A stretch of 64,000 nt of DNA from Candidatus Latescibacterota bacterium (GTDB taxonomy: Bacteria; Latescibacterota; UBA2968; GCA-2709665): positions 736,001-800,000 of the forward strand of contig CAXXXF010000015.1 of NCBI GenBank assembly GCA_963667175.2. The letters are read 5' to 3'. The notes beneath the pieces were generated by a model that was given only the letters and a program-made list of their open reading frames with translations, did not search any database and had not been told where the DNA came from. Shown piece after piece: positions 52,605 to 62,761 of the stretch; positions within the stretch are counted from its first letter, which is position 1; every line of letters starts with the position of its first letter. The translations under genes and the position numbers were made by a program.

Positions 52605-53429
52605 TCAGTCAATCTCAACAACCAGCCCGTCCTCCGCCACGAGCACCTCGCCGCCGTATCCGCCCCTGATTTCTTCCGCCATCTGGTACGGGGCTGTCCG
52701 GTCTCGTGTAACGTCTTCGATCACCAGGTGTTTGATCATGACGCGCATCACTTCGGCTTTCCGCGCGACGTCCGCAATATCCGCGGGCGTGATATGCCAG
52801 GCGCCCCACGGCTGTGTCGCCAGGAACTCCGGCGTGCCGGAACACTCGATGACCAGGAGGTTCGCGCCTCTGCAAAAGTCCGGGAAGTCCTCATCGGGCG
52901 TTCCGTCTCCCGTAATGACGACGCGACGGTCGCCCGCGTCGACCCGGTAGGCCAGCGTCGGGATATTCCCGTGATCGGTGAATGTCGCGGAAATCCGGTA
53001 ATCGTCCTGTTCCAGGAAGGGGTGATTTCGATCCACTTCGATCACTTCCGGATCCAGCGGGCGGACGTCCTTTCCGTGACTAAGCCTGCTGTTGATGTCC
53101 TGTTCAAAGGGCGGCCGGATGACTCGTTCCACGAAATCCCGGGTGCCCGCAGGACCGTAAATCCTCAATCGACGATTCCGTACCTTGACCCATCCCACGA
53201 AAACCAGATAGGGCACATCGACAATATGATCGAAATGCAGGTGGGTCAAAAACAGCCGGTCCACCTCCTCGCATCCCACGCCCGCGCGCGCCAGGTTCGT
53301 GCCGGCGCTCCGGCCGCAGTCGAACATCAACACCTCGTTGCCGACCCGAAGCATCTGCGCAGGACCGCCCCTGACCGGGTTGTCCCGGACGGCGCCGCTG
53401 CCCAGCATCACAAACGTCATTCCAGCCAT
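52605..53429 (-). CDS. MBL-fold hydrolase (RNase Z/AtsA-like)
   Basis: MLGSG, FDCG, THLHFDH, TDHG, ITGD, WHIT. Confidence 0.88.
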   Translation of the reverse strand: MAGMTFVMLGSGAVRDNPVRGGPAQMLRVGNEVLMFDCGRSAGTNLARAGVGCEEVDRLFLTHLHFDHIVDVPYLVFVGWVKVRNRRLRIYGPAGTRDFVERVIRPPFEQDINSRLSHGKDVRPLDPEVIEVDRNHPFLEQDDYRISATFTDHGNIPTLAYRVDAGDRRVVITGDGTPDEDFPDFCRGANLLVIECSGTPEFLATQPWGAWHITPADIADVARKAEVMRVMIKHLVIEDVTRDRTAPYQMAEEIRGGYGGEVLVAEDGLVVEID

Positions 53430-53461
53430 ATCTCTCGCTTCCCAAAGAAAACTGGAACTTA

Positions 53462-53575
53462 CATGGATGGACCTGCCTGCTGAGGCAGGCAGGATGAACA
53501 GGATAAAAGACCAAAAAGCGCGAGAAAAACACGACAAAGGCACGAGAAGACGAGAAAAGCACGAGAGAACGAGTA
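53462..53575. repeat. intergenic repeat cluster with inserted palindrome
   Basis: CATGGATGGA[CCTGCCTGCTGAGGCAGG]CAGGATGAACAGGAT followed by imperfect (CA)CGAGAA tandem units. Confidence 0.6.
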
Positions 53576-53657
53576 ACGGCAGAATATTCGCCTGGACGCA
53601 GGAAGTGTCGCCCCTGAGAATGGGACGTAAACTGCCACGTTGCGGTACGGAAACCGG

Positions 53658-54734
53658 TTAATTCGACGCGCGGGGTTCATGTTGATACGCTTCCAACGTC
53701 TTCTCCGCAATCGATTCCCACGACAACGCTTTCGCCCGTTGAAACGCGCCTTCCGATATGGCCGGCAGGTCGCGCTCCCGGATTTCTTTCATGGCCCGCT
53801 CGAGCCCATCCCCGGCCCGGGCGTCGTATATGATTCCGGAGCGATCGTCCAGCAATTCCGGAAGACAGCCGATGCCGGGCGCGATAACCGGCCGCGCGAA
53901 AGACATCGCCGTGATCGCCGATCCGGAAGTCAGCATATCCACGAAAGGCAGCACCATCACGTCCGCCGCGTTAAAGAGGAGTTGGAGTTCCTCGTCAGGG
54001 AAGAACTCCGCCGTTTGCATGAGAATCCTCGGATCGCCGGCGCGCGCCCGGGCGACCACGTCCGCGCTGTATTCGCTGTTCACCTTGGCGGCTAGCAGCA
54101 ATCTCAGGCGTTCGCCCGGCAGACTCGAGAACACCTCGAGTAGCCGCTCGACGCCCTTATAGCGTTTCACGTTTCCGAAAAAAAGATAAACGAACCCGTC
54201 GGGGGCGATCCCCAACGCTCTCCTGGCCTCGACGCGCGACACGTTGTTCTCGTACGCGTCTATGAAATGTCCGTGAGGTATTGTAAATATGCTATGCGTC
54301 CGGTGAAAGTGCGCCGCCACCTGTCCGCGGCCGTACTCGCAGTGCACGATCAGGGCCGTCGCAATCTGCGTTATGGCGAGGCGCGCAAGGCGGTCCAGCC
54401 CCGGATGCGGACGTTCGTGTGGATACAGGTTGTGGACGGTCCACACCATTCTGTAACCCAATGAGCGCGCCCGGGTCAGGAGGCCGATCAAATCCGCACA
54501 CTTTTTGACGCTCTCGCCGGCATGGTCCGTGTTGTACATATAGGAGGGCCAGTTCAGGTGCAGAACGTCCACGCGTCCCCGGTTCTCCATTAACCACGAT
54601 TCGCTCAGATCCTCGTCGTATCCGGCTTCCAACTCCACCCCAAGCCCTGCCATCGCCCGGGCGAGCAACGGGCCGTAGGGGTTGTTCTTTTCGAATCCGA
54701 GCCCTGCCTTGCCCCAGTAGAATACCGCCCGCAT
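53658..54734 (-). CDS. glycosyltransferase family 4
   Basis: NPY, VWTVHN, IPHG, FFGNVKRYKG, DVMVLPF..TSGSAITAMSF. Confidence 0.88.
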   Translation of the reverse strand: MRAVFYWGKAGLGFEKNNPYGPLLARAMAGLGVELEAGYDEDLSESWLMENRGRVDVLHLNWPSYMYNTDHAGESVKKCADLIGLLTRARSLGYRMVWTVHNLYPHERPHPGLDRLARLAITQIATALIVHCEYGRGQVAAHFHRTHSIFTIPHGHFIDAYENNVSRVEARRALGIAPDGFVYLFFGNVKRYKGVERLLEVFSSLPGERLRLLLAAKVNSEYSADVVARARAGDPRILMQTAEFFPDEELQLLFNAADVMVLPFVDMLTSGSAITAMSFARPVIAPGIGCLPELLDDRSGIIYDARAGDGLERAMKEIRERDLPAISEGAFQRAKALSWESIAEKTLEAYQHEPRASN

Positions 54735-54798
54735 ACGTGTCTCCGTGTGAGCCGAATCTCTTCTCTGGCAGCGACGTCGGGAACCGGACGCTACTCCC

Positions 54799-56757
54799 CT
54801 ACAACAACACTCTCTTGACGGTCCGGCTCCACTGTTTCTGAAAGTACAGGTCTCCGTTCAAATATACGTTCAGTCCCAGGTTCATCACAAAACAATCCGC
54901 GTTGCTCGTAAGCGAACCGGTCGCTTCGGAACGCACGTCGCACCCCGGCCACGCCACCGTCGCCAGCTTTTTCGATCGGGTCCAGGCCTCTGCCGGCGCC
55001 CGGTTCGACACGCCCATCTCACCTTCTCCACCGAACAGAATGAACCGATACCTGTCTTCCAGCACGTCGTGTACCACCTGCCACGGCGCGTCGCCGGACC
55101 CTGTGGGTCTTGCCGCATGCGGCGAAGGTGAAAACGCAAACGCCGGATCGGCGCCGCCGTTCCATACCGGCAACTCGATCTTCGACGGGAATTCCGGTCC
55201 CCAGTGAACCGTGATCCGACCGGCCCGGGGCGTAGGCCAGACGTTCGGAAAATCCGATCCGTTGACGCTGATCCCGACCCGGAATCCCTCCCGGAATCGC
55301 CACGCTGTGGCTTCCATATGAAACGCAATCCGGGCGATCTCGCCCGAAACGAGGGGGACGGCGCGATCCATTCCCTCCCGCCGGGTCGAATTCAGTATCC
55401 CCTTTGTCACGAGCACGCTGGACCCATCCGGCGCAATCTCCAATAACCGGACCGCTACCGGTACCACGTCCACGTCGGAACTGATATACAGGCTGAACTT
55501 CGGGGACCCCAGGATCGACACGGGCTCCGCAAGGGGTGGTGACGCAAAGTTGATCGCCCGCGCCGAATCCTCCCGCTGGTCTCCCGGCAGCGTAAAGGGC
55601 GTCCCCCCGTCCCACAACCCCCCGTTTCGACACGCTGCCGGCAGGTAGGTTTCGGAAGCTTCTTTCGTCTCGATTGCGGGACCCTCGGCAAGCGCTCTGC
55701 CGTGAAGAAAGTACGTCCTGGGCGCCTGCCGCGGCAGATCGTCGGCCATCCGCCATTCCCCGGCAATCATGGTGCGATCCGTTACCGGTTCTTCAAATTC
55801 CCGTTGGTAAATCTGCACGGTGGGTTCGTCCGTTACGCCGTTATCCATTTGCTTCAGCCAGCAGTCCCACCAGCGCAGCAGTTCGTAGAAGACGTCGATA
55901 CGGGGCCCGCAGTGCGACTGGTCTCCGTAAGCATGAGACCACGGCCCCATCAGCAGGCGTTTGGGGGCGTCCAACGCGCGGAACACCCGCAACGGCGGCG
56001 TGGGGTATCCGTCGTGCCAGCCGCCAATCAACAGTGCCGCCGCGCGAATTCGATCGTAATGCCCGGAGATCGATCCCACCGCCCAATAGTCGTCCTCCAG
56101 CTGATGAGAAATCCACTTCAGCAGGTAGGGTTCGCTCTCCTCGAGCCGCTGCCGCCAGAGTTCGCTCCATCGAGCGCCAACGGCTTCACGGAACGGGGGC
56201 AGCCCGTTGCGCGCCACCATATTCAGGCCGTAGGTCAGCATGTCGTAAAAGCCGCGCAGGCATCCGCCCTTGTAATGACAGTCATCCGTATACCTTCTGT
56301 CCGTAAAATAGGCCGGCGCGATCGCTTTCAGCGCAGGCGGGGCCGCGGCCGCAACCTGGAGCGTCGTGAATCCGCTATAGGACGTTCCCAGCATCCCCAC
56401 GCTGCCGTCGCACCACGGCTGGTCCGCCAGCCAGGCGATGGCAGCGTACCCGTCCTGCGTTTCCTCCACCATATACTCATCCCTGCTCACCCCCTCCGAA
56501 TTGCCCGTCCCGCGCGCGTTCAAATAGACGAACGCATACCCCCGCTCCGCGAAATAACGGGCAATCGGCGCGGTGGACCCGTCCGCGCCGCCCCGGTACG
56601 GATCGTACCACACCAGCGCGGGAAACGCGTGATCGGACACCGGCCGGGTGATCGCCGCGCCCAGAGTGATCCCGTCGCGCGTTGGAATCCGATATCGATT
56701 GCTCGTGCGGAACCCGTACTGAGCAGGGGAGCAGATCCGTCTTTTCGAAATATCCAC
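54799..56757 (-). CDS. CocE/NonD family serine hydrolase
   Basis: TRDGITL, YDPYR, RGTGNSEG, GTSYSG, GGWHDGY, MGPWSH. Confidence 0.92.
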   Translation of the reverse strand: MDISKRRICSPAQYGFRTSNRYRIPTRDGITLGAAITRPVSDHAFPALVWYDPYRGGADGSTAPIARYFAERGYAFVYLNARGTGNSEGVSRDEYMVEETQDGYAAIAWLADQPWCDGSVGMLGTSYSGFTTLQVAAAAPPALKAIAPAYFTDRRYTDDCHYKGGCLRGFYDMLTYGLNMVARNGLPPFREAVGARWSELWRQRLEESEPYLLKWISHQLEDDYWAVGSISGHYDRIRAAALLIGGWHDGYPTPPLRVFRALDAPKRLLMGPWSHAYGDQSHCGPRIDVFYELLRWWDCWLKQMDNGVTDEPTVQIYQREFEEPVTDRTMIAGEWRMADDLPRQAPRTYFLHGRALAEGPAIETKEASETYLPAACRNGGLWDGGTPFTLPGDQREDSARAINFASPPLAEPVSILGSPKFSLYISSDVDVVPVAVRLLEIAPDGSSVLVTKGILNSTRREGMDRAVPLVSGEIARIAFHMEATAWRFREGFRVGISVNGSDFPNVWPTPRAGRITVHWGPEFPSKIELPVWNGGADPAFAFSPSPHAARPTGSGDAPWQVVHDVLEDRYRFILFGGEGEMGVSNRAPAEAWTRSKKLATVAWPGCDVRSEATGSLTSNADCFVMNLGLNVYLNGDLYFQKQWSRTVKRVLL

Positions 56758-56859
56758 CGGTCGTCCCTCACCTTTATATTGACAGCGCTATCCGGATTGT
56801 TTACCTACGTGTCCTGTCCCAAAAACAACCCGCCCAAAAACGCCTTGTTCGGAGATACG

Positions 56860-58689
56860 ATGCGTTACAGAAGCATGCGCCACTGCGTCGGGGACCTGGA
56901 AAAACACGGCCACCTCGTCCGCATCCCGGATGAAGTCGATCCGGATCTCGAAATGGCCGAAATTCACCGCCGCGTGTATCAGGCCCGCGGACCCGCCGTG
57001 TTTTACGAGAACGTCAAAGGCAGCGCCTTTCCGGCCGTGTCGAATCTCTTCGGCACCCTGGAACGGTCCCGCTTCATTTTTCGCTCCACGCTGAAGTGGG
57101 TCAGGCGACTGATCGAAATCAAAGCAGACCCGCCGGCATTTCTGAAAGCGCCGTGGAAAGCCGCGGGCATCGCCAGCATCGCGCTGAATATCCCGCCCCG
57201 AAGGGTCCGGTCCGGTCCCGTCCTCGAATGTATAACCACGATCGCCCGGCTCCCGCAAATCAGGTGCTGGCCGGACGACGGCGGCGCTTTCATCCTGCTT
57301 CCCCAGGTCTACACGGAAGATCCTCTGAATTCCGGTATCCTCAATTCCAACCTCGGGATGTACCGCATTCAGACATCGGGCAACCAATACGAACCAGACG
57401 GTGAAGTCGGGCTGCATTACCAGATCCGGCGGGACATCGGCATCCACCATACAAACGCCATCGCGAAAGGCGAGCCACTGCAGGTGAGCGTTTTCGTCGG
57501 CGGGCCGCCCGCGCACACGTTCGCCGCGGTGATGCCCCTTCCCGAAGGCCTGCCCGAAGTCGCGTTCGCGGGAGGGCTGGCTGGCCGGCGCTTCCGTTAC
57601 GCATCAAAAAACGGCTTCACCATATCCGCCGAAGCCGATTTCTGCATCACTGGCGTTGTGAATCCCGGCGAAACCCTGCCCGAAGGCCCGTTCGGCGACC
57701 ACCTGGGATATTACAGTCTGGCGCACGAGTTTCCCGTGCTGAACGTCGAAACCGTCTATCACCGCAAGGACGCGGTCTGGCCCTTCACTGTTGTGGGCCG
57801 CCCACCCCAGGAAGATACGGCGTTCGGAGAACTCATCCACGAATTGACGGGCCCGATGGTCCCCGTGGAGCTTCCCGGCCTGAAGGCCATCAACGCCGTC
57901 GACGCCGCCGGCGTCCACCCCCTGCTCCTGGCCATCGGCAGCGAGCGGTACGTGCCCTATCGCGACCGGGAACCCCAGGAGATCCTCACCATTGCCAACG
58001 CGCTGCTGGGGTTCGGCGCGTGCTCGCTCGCCAAATATCTGTTGATCGTCGCGGGCGAAGACAATCCGCAACTGGACGTTCATGACGTCGCGGACTTTCT
58101 ACGGCATCTCCTCGAACGCGTGGACTGGACTCGCGACCTCCATTTTCAGACCCGCACAACCATCGATACCCTGGACTATTCCGGCGCCGGGCTGAACGAA
58201 GGTTCCAAGGTGGTGGTCGCCGCGGCAGGCGCAAAAAGAAGGGATCTGTCCTCGGAACTTCCGGGAAATCTGGCCCTGCCCCACGAGTTAAGGAATCCAA
58301 GAGTCGCGCTTCCGGGGATCCTGGCGATAGAGGCGCCCCCGTTCGAGACGGATGCCGACGCAGAAACGGCTCAGCGGCTGACAACCGCGCTGGAATCCGT
58401 GGAACAGGTCCGGGGATTTCCATTGATCCTCTTCGTGGACGACGCCGACTTCACGGCGCGCACGCTGAACAACCTCCTGTGGGTCACGTTTACCCGGTCC
58501 AACCCGTCGCACGACGTTTACGGCGTCGGGAGTTTCATCGAAAACAAACACTGGGGCTGCCACGGTCCGCTGATCATCGACGCCCGCCTCAAGCCCCACC
58601 ATGCGCCGCCTCTGGTCGAAGACCCGGACGTCACCCGAAAAGTCGACCGCATGGGCGTACGCAACCGCCCGCTCCACGGCATCATTTGA
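56860..58689 (+). CDS. UbiD-family prFMN-dependent decarboxylase (long form)
   Basis: NLFGT, CWPDDGG, NLGMYR, EGPFGDHLGYY, VVGRPPQED; GGAG SD before ATG 56860. Confidence 0.92.
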   Translation: MRYRSMRHCVGDLEKHGHLVRIPDEVDPDLEMAEIHRRVYQARGPAVFYENVKGSAFPAVSNLFGTLERSRFIFRSTLKWVRRLIEIKADPPAFLKAPWKAAGIASIALNIPPRRVRSGPVLECITTIARLPQIRCWPDDGGAFILLPQVYTEDPLNSGILNSNLGMYRIQTSGNQYEPDGEVGLHYQIRRDIGIHHTNAIAKGEPLQVSVFVGGPPAHTFAAVMPLPEGLPEVAFAGGLAGRRFRYASKNGFTISAEADFCITGVVNPGETLPEGPFGDHLGYYSLAHEFPVLNVETVYHRKDAVWPFTVVGRPPQEDTAFGELIHELTGPMVPVELPGLKAINAVDAAGVHPLLLAIGSERYVPYRDREPQEILTIANALLGFGACSLAKYLLIVAGEDNPQLDVHDVADFLRHLLERVDWTRDLHFQTRTTIDTLDYSGAGLNEGSKVVVAAAGAKRRDLSSELPGNLALPHELRNPRVALPGILAIEAPPFETDADAETAQRLTTALESVEQVRGFPLILFVDDADFTARTLNNLLWVTFTRSNPSHDVYGVGSFIENKHWGCHGPLIIDARLKPHHAPPLVEDPDVTRKVDRMGVRNRPLHGII

Positions 58690-58695
58690 AGTCTG

Positions 58696-60126
58696 TCAAT
58701 AGAGATCGTCCGCCGTTGTTGTCGCACACCACCGCGCGGTAAACAGCGCGTCCAGCAGGGCCTTCCGGGCGCCAGGCGTACCGATGCGTCGCAGGGCCAG
58801 CCCCGCGTAGAACCGGTTGTAGCGGTTCTCGTCCTCCAGCATCTCTACCAGGTCTCCAACCGCCGGATCTCCCGCCTCTCCGAGGTTGCAAAGCAACAGG
58901 GCCGCGTTGCGCCGTACCCGGTAGTCGGGATCCTTTACCGACCGGAACACCGCCGGCAGGACGTCCTCGGAGTCCGCCCCGATCGCGCGCAACGCTTCGA
59001 GCGCATTGCGACGGACCCACCAGTGATCGTCGCCAACCTTTTCGCTCAGGCCGGGCGCCGCGGCCTGAGCGTCCGGTCCCGTCCGGGCGAGCACGTCCGC
59101 CGCCATCGCGCGGACCCACCAGTGATCGTCCTCGATCATCTCCAGCAGCGCGGGCACAGCCGACCCGCCCATCGTGGACAATGCCCGAGCGGCCGCCCCC
59201 GGCGTGGGATTGGTCCCGTGCGCGTTGTCCGGCGTCTTTGCCGTCGTTTCCTCAATCGCAGCGAGTGTCTCCCTTCGCATCGCGGCGACCAGAACAGGGA
59301 TCGATGCCCTGTCATTCGCCAGCGCATATGCGGTATTGATGCGCACGCACTCGTCCTCGTCGAACAGTGCCGGTTCCTTCACGTCCCCGTTCACGTCTGC
59401 GCGTCCGTTGGCGCCGTGCCCCTGCAACCAGCGCCACACGTCCAGCGATTGGCCCGGATTGGCGTCTTCGCCGGGGGGCGTCCAGGCCTGCTGTTGGTTC
59501 CAGTTGGGCGCTCGCGGCGACCGCATGCGCGTGAACTGAAACTTCAGCATGTATCGTTTGTTGTCGCTCACGTTAGGCGTTGCCCGGTGCCAGGAGTCGA
59601 AATGCATCAACGTCACGATCCCGGCGTCGCCGCAGATGGCATGCCCGGGCTCGCGGGTCTCTGCCGGATTGGGGTCTGAAATGGACTTGTAATTCTGCAT
59701 GCGCGGAATTACGCCTGAAGGCCCCATATCTATTGTGGTGTCCTGAGGATAATAGAACGCCAATACCCACTGAAAACGCGGATGCCGGATATTGTGGTCG
59801 AAGACGTAGCAGTCCTTGTGCCAACTCTGTCCCCCGCTGCCCGGCGGATTCAGGTGGCAGTGCCGGTGCGGATTCATGATATAGTCGGGTCCGAGAAGAC
59901 TCGTCAATGCGCCGCGCACGACGGGCTGATCGAACACCTGTTGAATCCTTGGTACGCGCGGCAGAATATTGTTCCCGACGTTGCCTTCCTTTTCGAATAC
60001 GGTCTCGATCTCGTCGTAGATCTTGGCGTGCATATCGGAGATTGCATCCGTCTGTACAGTAATGTACCCATCCAGAATAAAGCGCTGTATCTGCGCGTCC
60101 GTCAGAAGATGATCGTTCTGCGCCAT
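58696..60126 (-). CDS. PhyH dioxygenase fused to HEAT repeats
   Basis: FILDGY, WHKD, SWHRA; C-terminal repeats DDHWWVRAMAADVL / DDHWWVRRNALEAL / DPDYRVRRNAA. Confidence 0.88.
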   Translation of the reverse strand: MAQNDHLLTDAQIQRFILDGYITVQTDAISDMHAKIYDEIETVFEKEGNVGNNILPRVPRIQQVFDQPVVRGALTSLLGPDYIMNPHRHCHLNPPGSGGQSWHKDCYVFDHNIRHPRFQWVLAFYYPQDTTIDMGPSGVIPRMQNYKSISDPNPAETREPGHAICGDAGIVTLMHFDSWHRATPNVSDNKRYMLKFQFTRMRSPRAPNWNQQQAWTPPGEDANPGQSLDVWRWLQGHGANGRADVNGDVKEPALFDEDECVRINTAYALANDRASIPVLVAAMRRETLAAIEETTAKTPDNAHGTNPTPGAAARALSTMGGSAVPALLEMIEDDHWWVRAMAADVLARTGPDAQAAAPGLSEKVGDDHWWVRRNALEALRAIGADSEDVLPAVFRSVKDPDYRVRRNAALLLCNLGEAGDPAVGDLVEMLEDENRYNRFYAGLALRRIGTPGARKALLDALFTARWCATTTADDLY

Positions 60127-60152
60127 GATTCGACCTCCTCGTACCTCGGCGT

Positions 60153-62009
60153 TCACCGCGTTGCCGTGGACCCCATCGCGGGAAGCTCCCGCGCCATATT
60201 CACCGCCTCGACCACCTGCTCAACCGTATAGAAGTCGCTCTTGAACACCTCATGTCCGCCGGGCGTATAGATAACAAGCAGCGGGATGGTCAACCGGCCG
60301 GTATTTCGGAGTTTTTCCTTGCCTGCCGGGTTATTGCCGGTTATATCCACCTTGACGGGCGCCACGTCGGGACGCGCCAGCAACGTTACCACTTCGGGAC
60401 TCTGAAGCACGTTGTGCTCGAGCACTTTGCAGTTCAGGCACCACTCCGCGGTGAAATCCATCACCACAACCTGGCCGTCCTCCAGCGCCTCTTCGAACCG
60501 CGCGGACGTATAGTAGATCCAGTCGATCGGTCCTTTGTCCGTAAACCGGATGGCGCCGACCGCGGAGAACACGACAAGCGCCGCGCCAAGACACCCGAAG
60601 ACCGCCCGCCGTCCGGTCCGGTCCGTGATCTGAAGCGTTCCGTAAACCAGCCAGAATCCCGCTGCCGCGCCAAACGCCATCACGGGCCACCAGTATCCCG
60701 TGCCCGGCGGGTCCGGAGGCGTGACGACAAGCGCGCTGAGTCCGACGCCCACGAAATAGGCCGCCGCCGCCAGCATCAACAGCCCCATCACCTGCTTGAT
60801 CAACTCGCTGGCCGGGCCCGTGCGGGGCATCCGCTCCACCAGCGCGGGGAAGATGGTCAGCGCAAGGTACGGCGCGGCCATCCCGCCGCCGATCGCGGCG
60901 AACGTCAGCAGCGTCGTCGCCGGAACCTGCGTGGCTGCCCACGCCGCCGCGGCGCCCATAAACGGCGCGGTGCATGGGGTGGAAAGTACCGCCGTCATGA
61001 TGCCGAACCCGAAAGAACCCGCGAGGCTGTCCGGTCCCGGATTGAACCGGTAGACCGCCTGCGGCAACCGGATATAGAACAACCCGCACATGCCCACCGC
61101 CATAGCGGCAATCATCAGTCCGACCAGGATCGTGAACGTCGGATACTGAAAGAGCTGGTTGGTTGCCGTAAATCCGCTGATGCCGGCGATCATCGTCCCA
61201 AGCGCCAGCCAGAAAGCCACGACGCCCAGCGACATGGTGGACCCCAGCACGAGACGCCGGGTCCGGTTGTCCGCGGACTGCGCCAGCCCGATGATCTTGA
61301 TGGGAATCACCGGAAGCACGCAGGGCGTCAGGTTCAGCAACCCACCGCCGAACGCGGCCACGAAGAGAAGCAGAATCAGACCTGCCCCGGACGACGTATC
61401 GATCAGGAACGTCCAGCCGAACAAATCGAAACGCACCCCGGTTTCTTCCGCCCCGGCGCCCGCCGACTCGTAATCTTCGAACAACGTGGAATTCATACGG
61501 TTTACGGGCTCGCTCGCGGCAACGACAGGCAGCGCCGCCTCCAGCACAACCGTATTCGGAATAAAGCAGGTAAATTCATCGCACGCCTGGTACTCGACCT
61601 CGAGTTTAAGCCGCTGCGATCCCGGCGGCGCCTCATCGCCCACCTTTATAGGAAGGTAAAACACCGTCCGGCCCTCGTACACCATGAGATCGCCGTCGGC
61701 ATAGTCTGCCTGTATCGGGCGGGGCTTCGGAAAGCGAACGGCTTCCAGCGTCAGCCCGTCTGCCGCCTCCAGGATTCGGACGTCAGAAGGATACGGTTCG
61801 AAATCGCCGACAGCCACCGCCTGCGCCGGATCGGGGTTGATATGAAATCCGTCGTCAATATCCACCACGATGGCCAGCGCCACGAGGTCGCCCGGACGGG
61901 CCGCGTCGACCGGCCAGGCCGTACTCACACTCACTTTTTCCTGTGCGTGACCGGGAGCGGCGGCAAATAGCAACGCGAACAACGGGGCCATCCAATCCGG
62001 CTTTGTCAT
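60153..62009 (-). CDS. dsbD: thiol:disulfide interchange protein DsbD-like
   Basis: N-domain YQACDEFTC, TM domain NLTPCVLP and STPCTAP, thioredoxin DFTAEWCLNC. Confidence 0.9.
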   Translation of the reverse strand: MTKPDWMAPLFALLFAAAPGHAQEKVSVSTAWPVDAARPGDLVALAIVVDIDDGFHINPDPAQAVAVGDFEPYPSDVRILEAADGLTLEAVRFPKPRPIQADYADGDLMVYEGRTVFYLPIKVGDEAPPGSQRLKLEVEYQACDEFTCFIPNTVVLEAALPVVAASEPVNRMNSTLFEDYESAGAGAEETGVRFDLFGWTFLIDTSSGAGLILLLFVAAFGGGLLNLTPCVLPVIPIKIIGLAQSADNRTRRLVLGSTMSLGVVAFWLALGTMIAGISGFTATNQLFQYPTFTILVGLMIAAMAVGMCGLFYIRLPQAVYRFNPGPDSLAGSFGFGIMTAVLSTPCTAPFMGAAAAWAATQVPATTLLTFAAIGGGMAAPYLALTIFPALVERMPRTGPASELIKQVMGLLMLAAAAYFVGVGLSALVVTPPDPPGTGYWWPVMAFGAAAGFWLVYGTLQITDRTGRRAVFGCLGAALVVFSAVGAIRFTDKGPIDWIYYTSARFEEALEDGQVVVMDFTAEWCLNCKVLEHNVLQSPEVVTLLARPDVAPVKVDITGNNPAGKEKLRNTGRLTIPLLVIYTPGGHEVFKSDFYTVEQVVEAVNMARELPAMGSTATR

Positions 62010-62212
62010 ATTCAGACGGCTCCTCGGGAATACGCCATCGTGAATGCCTGTTCTTTCGAGGTAAAGAAACGAAAAGTCGACCTGATGGCAACGCTTTTTT
62101 CTTTACAAACAGCGCGTGCCGGCCTTAATTTATGCCGAAAAATCGCCTTCCCGGCGGCCATGCCGTGCGCGTCAGATTTTCTGTCCCGATCCGCATTCGG
62201 AGATTCCCTTCC

Positions 62213-62761
62213 TTGCGTTTCCTTCGTGCCTACGTCGGCTTTGCGAACCGGTTGAACGAACGCATTGGCGTTGCCGTATCGTGGCTTACGACGGTTCTGG
62301 TGGCTGTCGTCTGCTACGACGTGTTTACGCGGTATCTGCTGAAAAGCAGCCTGGTGGCGGTGCAGGAACTGCAATGGCACCTGTTTGCGGTCATTTTCCT
62401 GATCGGTGCGGCCTATACTCTGAAACATGGCAAACATGTGCGCGTGGACGTCTTCTACAACCGCTTCTCCGCGAAGACCAGAGCATGGGTGGATTTCGTC
62501 GGCTGCCTGCTCTTTCTCATCCCCTTCTGCCTGGTCGCCATCTGGTGTTCCCACACCTTTGTCATTAACGCATTCGTTATCGGTGAAGGGTCGCCCGATC
62601 CCGGCGGTCTGCCCGCGCGGTTCATCCTCAAAGCCGCCATCCCCGCCGGCTTTTTTCTGCTGACCTTGCAGGGCCTGGCGCTGGCATTCGGTTCCCTGAT
62701 GAAGGTTGCCGGCAACGAAGCGATCGATTCCGAATCCGAACCCCGGGGGGCGGACACATGA
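62213..62761 (+). CDS. TRAP transporter small permease (DctQ family)
   Basis: ELQWHLF, HVRVDVFY, EGSPDPGGLP; start uncertain. Confidence 0.92.
   Translation: MRFLRAYVGFANRLNERIGVAVSWLTTVLVAVVCYDVFTRYLLKSSLVAVQELQWHLFAVIFLIGAAYTLKHGKHVRVDVFYNRFSAKTRAWVDFVGCLLFLIPFCLVAIWCSHTFVINAFVIGEGSPDPGGLPARFILKAAIPAGFFLLTLQGLALAFGSLMKVAGNEAIDSESEPRGADT

Noticed and set aside
53510-53575. CRISPR-like or microsatellite array
   Set aside because: Short degenerate purine-rich units, with no constant repeat and unique spacers; no cas genes
55702-56859. Apparent 995 aa UbiD with a long N-terminal extension
   Set aside because: The extension is the antisense shadow of the CocE gene; UbiD similarity and an SD begin at ATG 56860
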